From contig CBFHOE010000002.1 of the NCBI GenBank assembly GCA_965657355.1, forward strand, positions 64,001-128,000: 64,000 bases of DNA, given 5' to 3'. Origin of the DNA: Limisphaerales bacterium. GTDB lineage: Bacteria > Verrucomicrobiota > Verrucomicrobiia > Limisphaerales > JAJOIW01. The position numbers and the translations under genes were made by a program. Each line of letters begins with the position of its first letter. Within the stretch, counting starts at the first letter, position 1. Positions 23,606-33,119 of the stretch are shown here, one piece after another. Under the pieces are notes generated by a model. It was given only the letters and a program-made list of their open reading frames with translations. It was not told where the DNA came from and did not search any database.

Positions 23606-25189
23606 TCAAACTGACTCGTCAACAACCTGAACCGACGCGTTAAGTTCCAACCAATTGCCCAAATCGGTCGACAAATTATCCCCAGCCTCAACCAAAGGCA
23701 CTTTGTTAGTCGTTATCTGGGGTGATACATCTTGTTCATTATTTGCAGAACCGATGGAGGAGACAGAACCGGATTCATTGCTTTTGTAATCCCAAAGCTG
23801 CCCATCAATTTCAACAAGACCGCTTAAATTCATCCATTCTCCAGTCACCGTGGAATAATGATTTCCAGCTTCAACCAAAATGACTGGAGTGGAATTCCCT
23901 TGGAATTGATCATCATTTTCTGAAAAGCCTTCATCATCGATTTTATCGTAAACCCAGGTAGCGCCATCGATTTTGATAACACCATTAAGCTGCAGCCATT
24001 CGTCGACTCCAATCGTCGATTGATTTCCAGCATCAACAATGAGACTTGATGTGTGGTTGTCAATGCTAGCTGGGTCGTTGTCGCTAATATTAAGCTGAAC
24101 ACCAGCCGGGTTAAATATGTGGTATCCTGGACTTGGGCTGAGCTTCACAACCAATGAGCGGCTATCTTGGTGTGTTGTGTCATCAATAATAAAAACTGGC
24201 ACATTAATAACGTCGTTGTTGCTAGAAAACCTGACATGCGTTGGAAGTCTGCCATAATGGTATCCTGGGATTGCTGAGCCGGAGTATTCTATATTTACGG
24301 GAAGTTCCCCAAAATTATTACCTTGGCGTGAAATTACAAGCATCACCATGTCTGAAGAGCCCTCCTCGACTTGATTCTGCGAAATCTCAATTTGGATATT
24401 TGCGCTACCATCAGCAAAAGTCGTTTTTTGAATGAATGAAGGATCGCCGCTTTCATCTCCATCTTGAACATCATTAATTGGCTCTGCTGTCAAATAGTCG
24501 TGATCTGAAATCCAAGCATTGGCTTTGTATGCCTCGGACAATTGATAGTATCCCCTTTCCTCTATGGCTAGTTGTATCAATTCGTCACCCTCTGAAATTC
24601 CATCCATTTTTGGGTATACGTATAATTTAACGTTATTTTGGCCCGCTGGGATAGTGACTGATTTTGGAATTGGTCGAAAATCATTAAATGGTTCGGCTTC
24701 TCCAGAGACACGGAGTCCGACAGTCAACTTTCCTGTATGACCCTGACTTCGGCTAATAAAAAATATGGCCGGTATCTCGCCATATTCCGAAGCCATGGAT
24801 CTTGAGGTTTGTATTCCAACGACTGGTATATTATTCAATGTTGTTTGTGTATGGGAGCCGATGGGATGAAGTTTGTAAAACCGACTGCCGAAGCCTTGCG
24901 CATCTTCATCGAAAAAACTGGCTGTGGTTTGGTTCGGGGCAATTTCAACTGAACCTAAATACAACCAATGCTCGGTATTTGTCGAAGTATAGACCTCATA
25001 CAGACCAGGTTCCCCTGTTATCCGCAATCCAAGTCCATTGCGTTGGATATCTTCTTTGTTTGATACATCTATGCTAATAATCGCATTGGCTGATTTACCA
25101 ATAATTGGAAAACTGCAAAGAATTAAAGCTACGATAATCACTCTCAACGTGGAAGCGAATGAAGCGCCTCCGATTAGTAACATCTCCAT
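23606..25189 (-). CDS. Secreted Calx-beta/Ig-like domain protein
   Basis: Signal peptide; two Calx-beta-like modules (FFISR...SVTIPAG...DGISEGDE; VISRQG...GSAIPG...IIDD); three short C-terminal V[DE]AG repeats. Confidence 0.72.
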   Translation of the reverse strand: MEMLLIGGASFASTLRVIIVALILCSFPIIGKSANAIISIDVSNKEDIQRNGLGLRITGEPGLYEVYTSTNTEHWLYLGSVEIAPNQTTASFFDEDAQGFGSRFYKLHPIGSHTQTTLNNIPVVGIQTSRSMASEYGEIPAIFFISRSQGHTGKLTVGLRVSGEAEPFNDFRPIPKSVTIPAGQNNVKLYVYPKMDGISEGDELIQLAIEERGYYQLSEAYKANAWISDHDYLTAEPINDVQDGDESGDPSFIQKTTFADGSANIQIEISQNQVEEGSSDMVMLVISRQGNNFGELPVNIEYSGSAIPGYHYGRLPTHVRFSSNNDVINVPVFIIDDTTHQDSRSLVVKLSPSPGYHIFNPAGVQLNISDNDPASIDNHTSSLIVDAGNQSTIGVDEWLQLNGVIKIDGATWVYDKIDDEGFSENDDQFQGNSTPVILVEAGNHYSTVTGEWMNLSGLVEIDGQLWDYKSNESGSVSSIGSANNEQDVSPQITTNKVPLVEAGDNLSTDLGNWLELNASVQVVDESV

Positions 25190-25451
25190 TGTCTCATTTT
25201 GAGCACTTTTAATGCCAAAAATGCATCCTTATCATACAATCCACATTTTTGAGAAGATTATTTATTTAAGTTATTTATCAGAAGCAACTTAGAGCTGCGA
25301 GGAAAGGAAAAGAAAAAGATAAAAAAAATCACTCAAGTTTTTGGGGTATCCATCCTTGATTTTAAGTGTCCAATTAAAAGACATGGCGTGCACAGTATCG
25401 CTACACATAGAGTCCACAAACGTGACATAAGTAAATTTAAAAGTATGGAAA

Positions 25452-26438
25452 TTATTTGGGGTGAGGATCACTACATTGTTTTATTTCCCCTCCCTCTTCG
25501 ATTATTTTTGAAAGGCTTTCAAAATTATCTTTTCTAAAAGCTTTGTAAAGCTCTGGGTGGTTACGTTTTAAAATGTTGAGTCGTTTCAAACACCCACCAG
25601 TACAAGTTTGTATCTCGACCTGATATTTATTGATATGTGGCCTTCCAAGAAATCGGCCTATATCGATTCTACGGACGGCACTTCTTCTATCCATGCATAA
25701 AAAAGAGACAGGAAGGCTCCTTAAATCTACCTTTAACTCCTTCGAGAACTGGGCCCAAAAAGCATCTTGAAAGATCCCTGAAGGAGGCTTTGCAAACTGA
25801 TGGCACCAGTCATCCCAGTGTGATGAACTTAGAATTGGGCATGAAGCATTACTCGGACAAGGCGCCCAGGGGGCAAATTCATCGAGTAATTTTTCTCTTA
25901 TTTGGGAAAGCATTCGACCTGTGTTGAACGCGCCAGGCTCCACCCAAATAAATCCGTAGGCCTTTGCTTTGAGCAAAGAAATTATTTTTTCAACCTCCGA
26001 ACCGGCAATTTCAGTTCCAATGTGACTTATGAGAAATAGCGCCTCTCGACCAGGAAACTCCGCGGATAAGGAGATGTCATTAAATGACTCAATGTGCCTA
26101 TCCTCAGAATATTTTTGAGCTGAAGTTGATCTGTCGGAATAATGAATGGATTGGATCGAGTTTTCACAAAATGCGTGGAGGAAGGAACGTCCGGCAATCC
26201 CCGTGCCGCAAGCCAAATCGCAGACAATACTTCTCGGCATGGGCTCCCATCCGGACTTCTTAATTTCAGAAAGAGCGAAATCCCACTTCCAACCAATCCT
26301 TTGAGCGAAAGTCCTATCATAACAATCCAATGTTTCATAGGAATCCCAGTAATCCTGCTCTGTTTTCTTTTCTCCGAGAAAAATCTGCCGAAGTTCGCGC
26401 AATCTTTCCCAGTCTAATGGAGTTTCAAAACCACCCAT
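25452..26438 (-). CDS. Rsm22/METTL17-like SAM-dependent methyltransferase-fold protein
   Basis: DLACGTG SAM motif, WVEPG, APCPSNASCP...DWCHQF. ATG 26438 is preferred over 26570 because it avoids overlap with the divergent gene. Confidence 0.78.
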   Translation of the reverse strand: MGGFETPLDWERLRELRQIFLGEKKTEQDYWDSYETLDCYDRTFAQRIGWKWDFALSEIKKSGWEPMPRSIVCDLACGTGIAGRSFLHAFCENSIQSIHYSDRSTSAQKYSEDRHIESFNDISLSAEFPGREALFLISHIGTEIAGSEVEKIISLLKAKAYGFIWVEPGAFNTGRMLSQIREKLLDEFAPWAPCPSNASCPILSSSHWDDWCHQFAKPPSGIFQDAFWAQFSKELKVDLRSLPVSFLCMDRRSAVRRIDIGRFLGRPHINKYQVEIQTCTGGCLKRLNILKRNHPELYKAFRKDNFESLSKIIEEGGEIKQCSDPHPK

Positions 26439-26549
26439 CCCTAAATGTTGAGAATTTAATTTGATGGATGCAACCAAAATTGATGCTTGATTTGATAGCA
26501 AAGAAAAAATTACTTGGATTACGAACAAAGAGATTGCCATTGTGTTGAG

Positions 26550-27368
26550 ATGAATCTTGGAATGGCTCAAATTGAAATTTCTTCTGGAAACCCTGAAGAA
26601 AACTTGCAGAGAATTTCATATGCTTGCGAGGAACTTTCACAGAAGAATTCCGACTGGATATTGTTTCCCGAGTGCTCCGACTACGGATGGTCTGAACCCA
26701 TCATTAAAAAGTCATCGAGGCAGTTACTTGAAAAGAGTTTCGAGCAAGCATTAATCAGATTATCACGGCAATTTAATATTTATATAACTTGTGGACTGAA
26801 TCGTTCGAAAGCGAATAAAACATACAACTCGGCTATCACTATTTCTCCAGAAAAGGGAATTATTCACTCTTACAACAAGATATACGAATTAGACATAGTG
26901 CACGAAATTTACGGCCAAGGCCAAAAGCTTGATGTTTTTGAAACAGCATTTGGAAATGTTGGTGTTATAATATGTGCTGATGCATTTGCTGAGCATGAAT
27001 CATTGCTAAGGTCTCTTTGCTATATGGGCGCAGATATCATTCTCTCTCCTTGTGCTTGGGCCGTACCTTCAGATTTTAATAACAAGCAGGAGCCCTATGG
27101 AACTCTGTGGGTTAACTCATACATTCCCGTGGCTAAAAAATTCAAAATATGGATTGCAGCAGTCAGTAATGTTGGACGCATTTCTTCAGGGAAATGGAAA
27201 GGTTACAAGTGCATAGGCAGCTCATTATTGATTTCGCCAGGTGGACAAATTGCATATCAAGGGCCATACGGTGAAAAAATGCAAGATCTCAGCATCCATG
27301 AAATTTCCATTATCGAGAGACAGAAGCGAGGAACTCAATGGGATCAATTTGGAAATAGAGAACATTGA
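26550..27368 (+). CDS. Carbon-nitrogen hydrolase (nitrilase superfamily)
   Basis: Catalytic E (FPEC), K (YNKI), C (ICADA); start set at ATG 26550. Confidence 0.88.
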   Translation: MNLGMAQIEISSGNPEENLQRISYACEELSQKNSDWILFPECSDYGWSEPIIKKSSRQLLEKSFEQALIRLSRQFNIYITCGLNRSKANKTYNSAITISPEKGIIHSYNKIYELDIVHEIYGQGQKLDVFETAFGNVGVIICADAFAEHESLLRSLCYMGADIILSPCAWAVPSDFNNKQEPYGTLWVNSYIPVAKKFKIWIAAVSNVGRISSGKWKGYKCIGSSLLISPGGQIAYQGPYGEKMQDLSIHEISIIERQKRGTQWDQFGNREH

Positions 27369-27373
27369 AATAA

Positions 27374-28039
27374 CTACCTTACTCTGGGCTTGGATATTTC
27401 GTCATTTCTAATATGCGGGTTTCCGTTGTAATAGCCTTTGTTCCCTCGAGGTGCGCTAGGAGGAATGGCCGGATTGGCATTAAAAGAAGGTCCATAACCC
27501 CACGTACTGGGATAAAAGCCTCGATTATCATTGTAGTAATTGGAATTGTAGGTCGTCTGGTTTTTTAGGGTAGGCCTTTGAACAAAATTAGTGAGAGTTT
27601 GAGTGAACAGAGATTTATATTTAATCGGTAACCTTACAACTGGCTCCTTCACGACTTTAAAAGTGCCATCCCCGTTTTTTACAGGGCGCGAACCAGCGAA
27701 TACCAACTCAGAATGGCCAATAAGCTTGCCGTCAAAGAAAGTTCTTACAGCAAGTGGTCTGTTACCAGAAAGACGAAAAGTAATTGACTCATTGGAGGTA
27801 GAATCTTGGAAAGCTTGAGTTTTCAATTCCAGAATTTCGTTGTTTTTTTGATGCAACTGGTCGAGTAATGCCTGTCTTTTTTTATTATTCTCCAAACTTT
27901 GAGCTTCCAAGGCATTAATTCTAGAGCCGTAGAGGTCTTTGGCATGATCGAAATGGCTTGAGTTATTGAGATACCAACCCAAAGAAAATGATGCCCCAGA
28001 TAAAACAATTACAATAAATCCATAAATCGCCCCTTTCAT
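27374..28039 (-). CDS. Hypothetical membrane-anchored protein
   Basis: N-terminal TM helix, short coiled coil, Y/N/P-rich tail; fills the gap between neighbouring genes. Confidence 0.65.
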   Translation of the reverse strand: MKGAIYGFIVIVLSGASFSLGWYLNNSSHFDHAKDLYGSRINALEAQSLENNKKRQALLDQLHQKNNEILELKTQAFQDSTSNESITFRLSGNRPLAVRTFFDGKLIGHSELVFAGSRPVKNGDGTFKVVKEPVVRLPIKYKSLFTQTLTNFVQRPTLKNQTTYNSNYYNDNRGFYPSTWGYGPSFNANPAIPPSAPRGNKGYYNGNPHIRNDEISKPRVR

Positions 28040-28051
28040 ACGCAACCTTTC

Positions 28052-28081
28052 TTGAAAGCTGTTTTGAAAGCTGTTTTGAAA
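28052..28081. repeat. 12-bp tandem repeat TTGAAAGCTGTT x2.5
   Basis: Read directly; immediately upstream of the start of the 27374..28039 gene. Confidence 0.85.
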
Positions 28082-28131
28082 TTCCCTCTCATTCTCGCAA
28101 TCTTCAATGAATTTTTAAGATGCAGGGCTGC

Positions 28132-28267
28132 AAAAATAAAAGGAACGGCGGCCACCTGGCACACACACGGAATCGTGCTAGGAAGGACCGCCGTAAATCC
28201 TCCTACCGGGAGGAAAGTTAGAAAGTCGTCGATACAAGCCCTATAAGACTGAATATGATATATGGGA
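28132..28267 (-). ncRNA. Candidate structured small RNA or terminating leader
   Basis: GC-rich island with hairpins at 28198-28214 and 28145-28194, the latter followed by UCCUUUUAUUUUU on the minus strand; sigma70-like promoter just upstream. Confidence 0.5.
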
Positions 28268-28273
28268 TGGGTC

Positions 28274-28303
28274 ATAGTAATTATATGTTCGACTAAATGT
28301 CAA
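28274..28303 (-). promoter_or_regulatory. Sigma70-type promoter TTGACA-N18-TACTAT
   Basis: Perfect -35 at 28303-28298 and 5/6 -10 at 28279-28274 on the minus strand. Confidence 0.55.
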
Positions 28304-28387
28304 CAACGTAAGTAGTTACTTTGAGAATTACCACGAACCATATAATTTAATACTTTGATCATAAAATACTTTTGCCAAAATAACACC

Positions 28388-29590
28388 ATGAATATGTATG
28401 CAAAACCCGAAATCCCTGATTTAGAGGGCCGATTTGGCCAATTTGGGGGAAGATATGTCCCAGAAACACTCATGCACCCCCTGCAAGAATTAGAAAATGA
28501 GTATTTCAGGGCCCAAAAAGACGAGTCCTTTCAGAATGAGTTGGATTATTATCTAAAAGAGTTTTGTGGTCGACCAACTCCCTTGTATTTCGCTGAAAGA
28601 CTGACTCAAAAACTGGGTGGCGCGAAAATCTATTTTAAAAGAGAGGATTTGCTGCACACCGGCGCCCATAAAATAAATAATGCAATGGGACAGATCCTGC
28701 TCGCCAAAAGAATGGGCAAAGAAAGAATCATCGCTGAAACAGGCGCCGGTCAGCATGGGGTGGCAACAGCGACGGTTTCCGCTATGTTTGGCATGAAATG
28801 TGTCATCTACATGGGAGCCCATGACTGCGAAAGACAGAAGCTTAATGTTTTTCGAATGAGAATGCTTGGAGCTGAAGTTCGCCCAGTAGAGGCAGGACAA
28901 AAGACTCTCAAGGAGGCCGTCAATGAAGCCATGAGGGACTGGGTTACAAATGTCCGGGGTACCCATTACATTCTAGGAACTGCTTATGGGGCACACCCCT
29001 ACCCTTTGATAGTGAGAAATTTTCAAAGAGTCATTGGAGATGAAGCCAGAAAACAGATTTTAGAAAAAGAAAAAAGGCTACCAGACTTTTTGATTGCTTG
29101 CGTAGGGGGTGGGTCCAATGCGATCGGTTTATTCTATCCGTTCCTCAACGATGAAAGCGTAGAAATGGTCGGCGTCGAAGCCGGAGGCACCGGAATTCAA
29201 CCAGAACAACATGCAGCTAGGTTTCAGGGAGGATCACTGGGCGTTTTGCAGGGAACTCGATCATATATACTTCAGGATGAGGTCGGTCAGATTCAGCTAA
29301 CCCATAGCGTATCTGCGGGACTAGATTATGCTGCTGTCGGACCTGAACACGCTTGGCTTGAAGAAATGAAGAGGGTTAAGTATACCTACGCAACAGACGA
29401 TGAGGCCATCAAAGGGTTTAAAGAAGTTGCTCAAAATGAAGGAATAATCCCAGCGCTGGAATCAGCTCACGCCATGGCTGAAACGATAAAGCGAGCTAAA
29501 GAGCTGGATAAGGACAAAATCATTGTAGCCAACATGTCCGGACGCGGTGACAAAGATGTCGCACAATTGGCGGAAATGATAGATTTTTAA
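28388..29590 (+). CDS. trpB: Tryptophan synthase beta chain
   Basis: [24 protein letters not shown] (PLP lysine), [24 protein letters not shown]. Confidence 0.97.
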   Translation: MNMYAKPEIPDLEGRFGQFGGRYVPETLMHPLQELENEYFRAQKDESFQNELDYYLKEFCGRPTPLYFAERLTQKLGGAKIYFKREDLLHTGAHKINNAMGQILLAKRMGKERIIAETGAGQHGVATATVSAMFGMKCVIYMGAHDCERQKLNVFRMRMLGAEVRPVEAGQKTLKEAVNEAMRDWVTNVRGTHYILGTAYGAHPYPLIVRNFQRVIGDEARKQILEKEKRLPDFLIACVGGGSNAIGLFYPFLNDESVEMVGVEAGGTGIQPEQHAARFQGGSLGVLQGTRSYILQDEVGQIQLTHSVSAGLDYAAVGPEHAWLEEMKRVKYTYATDDEAIKGFKEVAQNEGIIPALESAHAMAETIKRAKELDKDKIIVANMSGRGDKDVAQLAEMIDF

Positions 29591-29643
29591 GAGAAAAGTA
29601 ACATATCGTTTTCTTTCTCATTAAATGATATTTTAATTTTATT

Positions 29644-29931
29644 ATGTCGGAGTCACTGTTCAATATTGATTATATTACTAAACTAGCAAGGTTAGAGCTC
29701 ACGGATGAAGAGAAAGCTGAAATGGGGCCACAACTATCTAAGGTGATTGAATACGTTGAATCCTTAAACTCACTAAATGTAGATGATATAGAGGCGACAT
29801 CCCACCCCTTCCCCATGGATAATGTTGTCAGAGATGACACACCTGGCGAATCATTATCTCAAGACGAAGCCTTGATGAACGCACCTCACAAAGGAAACGG
29901 ACTTTTTGTAGTGCCAAAAATCGTCGAGTAG
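29644..29931 (+). CDS. gatC: Asp/Glu-tRNA amidotransferase subunit C
   Basis: KLARLEL...ALMNAP...FVVPKIVE; lies upstream of gatA. Confidence 0.93.
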   Translation: MSESLFNIDYITKLARLELTDEEKAEMGPQLSKVIEYVESLNSLNVDDIEATSHPFPMDNVVRDDTPGESLSQDEALMNAPHKGNGLFVVPKIVE

Positions 29932-29992
29932 GCCGCCTGGATTTAACCCCCGCCCCTTTCATTTTAATTTTTAAAAGATTTTCCAATAGCAA

Positions 29993-31459
29993 ATGATTGA
30001 AGACCTGACGCTCAAATCTGCAGCTGAGATGATCAAATCTGGTGAAATATCATCGACCGAAATCACCACGTATTTTTTGGACAAAATAGAAGCTGTAAAC
30101 CCTGAAATAAGTGCTTTTATCGACGTAAATAGGGAGAAGGTTCTCAATGCATCACAAGAAGCAGACAAGCTCAGGTCCACTGATCCCGAATCCATAAAGA
30201 GCAAACCTTTACACGGCATACCTATACCGGTGAAGGATCTGCTTGCGGTCAAGGGGGAGCCATTGCGCTGTGCCTCTAAAATTTTAAAGGAGTTTATTAG
30301 TCCTTACGATGCGACTTCAATAGCCAACTTAAAGGCTGCTGGCGCTATTCCAATGGGCCGACTGAATATGGATGAATTCGCAATGGGCAGTTCTAACGAA
30401 AATTCCGCTTTCGGCGTTGCCAAAAATCCTTGGGATAAATCAAGAGTGTCAGGCGGATCTTCGGGGGGCTCAGCGGCAAGTGTGAGTGCGGGAATAAGCT
30501 TGGCATCTCTTGGAACCGACACAGGAGGCTCCATCAGACAACCAGCCGCATTTTGTGGTTGTGTTGGACTAAAACCAACTTATGGCCGAGTATCGAGATA
30601 TGGCCTTGTGGCATTTGCCAGCTCATTTGATCAAATAGGCCCCATAGCGAAAAATGTTGAGGACGCAGGACTCCTACTTCACTGTATCGCTGGGCACGAC
30701 AAAAGAGATTCAACCAGTGTCCCGAAGCCACCAGATAATGCGTGGCTTAACATCCAAGATAATATCAAAGGGATTAAGCTAGGCATTCCAAAAGAATATC
30801 GGGAACATGCCATCGATCAAGATGTTCAAAAAAGCTGGGATGACGCCCTTAAAGTTTTTGAAGAAGCAGGAGCAGAAATTATCGATGTCTCCCTACCTCA
30901 TACTGAGTATGCGGTTGCAACATACTATATCCTTACCACGGCAGAAGCCAGTAGCAACCTGGCAAGATTTGAAGGAATTAGATATGGGGCCAGGATTGAA
31001 GCAGACACCCCATTCGATTTAAATTGTAAGACAAGAGGTGCCGGCTTCGGCCCCGAGGTAAAGCGTAGGATAATACTTGGCACCTATGTTTTAAGTAGCG
31101 GATACTACGATGCCTATTACGTTAAAGCTCAAAAAGCAAGAACCTTGATTAGAAGGGATTTTGAAAATGTTTTTAATGAGGTGGATGCGATTATTTCTCC
31201 GACAACACCTTCGCCAGCTTTTCCAATTGGGCAAAAATCTAAGAATCCTTTAGAAATGTATCTCTCTGATATATTTACAATATCTTCTAATTTAGCTGGG
31301 AATTGTGGTATAAGTATTCCTTGCGGGTTTTCATCGAATCCCAAACTACCATTAGGCTTACAAATCACTGGCCACACTTTTAGGGAAGATAAAATCCTCA
31401 ATATTGCTCAAGCCTTCCAGGCTCGCACGGAATGGCATAAACATTCCCCAAAGATTTAA
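29993..31459 (+). CDS. gatA: Asp/Glu-tRNA amidotransferase subunit A
   Basis: Amidase signature GGSSGGSAA, DTGGSIRQP, EVKRRIILGTYVLSSGYYDAYY. Confidence 0.97.
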   Translation: MIEDLTLKSAAEMIKSGEISSTEITTYFLDKIEAVNPEISAFIDVNREKVLNASQEADKLRSTDPESIKSKPLHGIPIPVKDLLAVKGEPLRCASKILKEFISPYDATSIANLKAAGAIPMGRLNMDEFAMGSSNENSAFGVAKNPWDKSRVSGGSSGGSAASVSAGISLASLGTDTGGSIRQPAAFCGCVGLKPTYGRVSRYGLVAFASSFDQIGPIAKNVEDAGLLLHCIAGHDKRDSTSVPKPPDNAWLNIQDNIKGIKLGIPKEYREHAIDQDVQKSWDDALKVFEEAGAEIIDVSLPHTEYAVATYYILTTAEASSNLARFEGIRYGARIEADTPFDLNCKTRGAGFGPEVKRRIILGTYVLSSGYYDAYYVKAQKARTLIRRDFENVFNEVDAIISPTTPSPAFPIGQKSKNPLEMYLSDIFTISSNLAGNCGISIPCGFSSNPKLPLGLQITGHTFREDKILNIAQAFQARTEWHKHSPKI

Positions 31460-31478
31460 TCTTGGTCCCTCAGTAACA

Positions 31479-32909
31479 ATGGATACTCAGCCCTTGTCTG
31501 GTCTCAACCTACTAATCACGGATGACGACAAGTTATTGAGACGCAGATTATCTGGGTATCTACAAAACCTAGGTTGTGAAATCTCCGAGGCTTCAAATCT
31601 TTCTGAAGCGAGAAACCTTCTCTCGAGCTTCACTTTCGACCTAGCTTTATTAGATGTCAATTTACCCGATGGATTGGGATTTGATTTATTGAAGGAAGGC
31701 CACTTTTCTGAAAACACAGTGGTCGTCATGATGACAGCTGAAGGTGGTATTCATGGAGCCGTAGAGGCCATAAAAATGGGCGCTTGTGATTATCTGGTCA
31801 AGCCGTTTGAACCAGAGGAAATCTCTTTGGTTTTCAACAGGGGGCGAAAAAGAAAAATGGATGGCCGGATCCAACAATTCACCCAGGAATCAAAGAAATC
31901 AGATGGCATAATTTTTGGCGGTGGTTTAACGCAAATAAAAGGCATGATTTCAAAAATTATCGATTCAGATAAAAGAATGAAATCAAACCTCCCGCCGGTG
32001 CTCATTGAAGGGGAAACAGGCACAGGGAAAACGACCATAGCACGGTGGGTTCATAGACAGGGGCCTAGAAGTGAATCCCAGCTGGTTGAAATAAACGCAG
32101 CAGCTTTACCAGAAAAATTAGCGGAGGCCGAATTATTTGGTTATGAAAAAGGCGCCTTTACAGACGCCAAGGCATCTCGAATGGGCCTTTTTGAGGCGGC
32201 AAGTGGAGGTTCATTATTTATAGATGAGATGGCGAGTCTTCCGCTATCAGTACAAGCAAAAATACTCAAAGCCATAGAGGATAATAAAATCAGAAGAATC
32301 GGAGGTTCAAGAGATATATCCATTGATACAAGAATCATTGCGGCTACGAATATTTCATTGGCTAAAGCAGTCAAGAATAGTGAATTCCGAGAAGATCTTA
32401 TGCATCGATTAAATTTGTTCACCATACGCATTCCACCTTTGCGTGAAAGGAAAGAAGACATTCCCAGCCTTGCAAAGGAACTTCTCATTCAAATTGAAAA
32501 AAAACATAAAAAAAATGGCAGACAGATATCGAGAGAAGGTTTGGAAAAATTAATACATTATCCATGGCCTGGAAATGTGAGAGAGCTCATTCACGAGCTA
32601 GAGAGAGCCGTAGTATTTGAAGAAAGTGAGCAACTGGATTTACAGAGTTTAACCAGCCCTAAAGCTGAAAATGATATGACAGGCATCGCAGACCTTGGCC
32701 ATCCAGAGATTGAGAGCGAACCTAATTTTCATTGGACGGATGAAAATTTTATTATTCCTCAATCAGGTTTTTCCATTGAATCTGCCATAAACGGCCTCAT
32801 TCAAAAGGCTTTAGATCAAACAAAGGGAAATGTTTCTGCCGCGGCAAGGCTGCTTGGAGTAAATAGAGACTATATTCGCTACCGATTTGAGAAGAAAAAA
32901 AAATCGTAA
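31479..32909 (+). CDS. Sigma-54-dependent response regulator (NtrC/AtoC family)
   Basis: REC domain (TDDD, LLDVNLPD, KPF), GETGTGKT, GAFTDA, WPGNVREL, Fis-type HTH; start set at ATG 31479. Confidence 0.93.
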   Translation: MDTQPLSGLNLLITDDDKLLRRRLSGYLQNLGCEISEASNLSEARNLLSSFTFDLALLDVNLPDGLGFDLLKEGHFSENTVVVMMTAEGGIHGAVEAIKMGACDYLVKPFEPEEISLVFNRGRKRKMDGRIQQFTQESKKSDGIIFGGGLTQIKGMISKIIDSDKRMKSNLPPVLIEGETGTGKTTIARWVHRQGPRSESQLVEINAAALPEKLAEAELFGYEKGAFTDAKASRMGLFEAASGGSLFIDEMASLPLSVQAKILKAIEDNKIRRIGGSRDISIDTRIIAATNISLAKAVKNSEFREDLMHRLNLFTIRIPPLRERKEDIPSLAKELLIQIEKKHKKNGRQISREGLEKLIHYPWPGNVRELIHELERAVVFEESEQLDLQSLTSPKAENDMTGIADLGHPEIESEPNFHWTDENFIIPQSGFSIESAINGLIQKALDQTKGNVSAAARLLGVNRDYIRYRFEKKKKS

Positions 32910-33119
32910 TTTGAGATCAGTGGGAAAAACTAGAACTAAAGCATGCTATTTGATACATTGCACTTTTAGAGTCAAATAGACTACCTTTCAGATTTATTCT
33001 CGCATGAATATTGAACTTAAGAGTAAGAATAAGTTGAACGTAAATAACCATGACCAAAAATCGATGGTCTCATACAAAGAAATGAGAAAAAACAGCCTAG
33101 ATAGGAGGCTCACTAAATA

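Noticed and set aside
28036..28275. 79-aa minus ORF and 64-aa plus ORF (28052..28246) as protein genes or a trp leader peptide
   Set aside because: No recognisable motifs. The minus ATG sits inside the predicted -10 box, and the plus ORF has a single Trp codon with no attenuator before trpB. RNA structure explains the region better.
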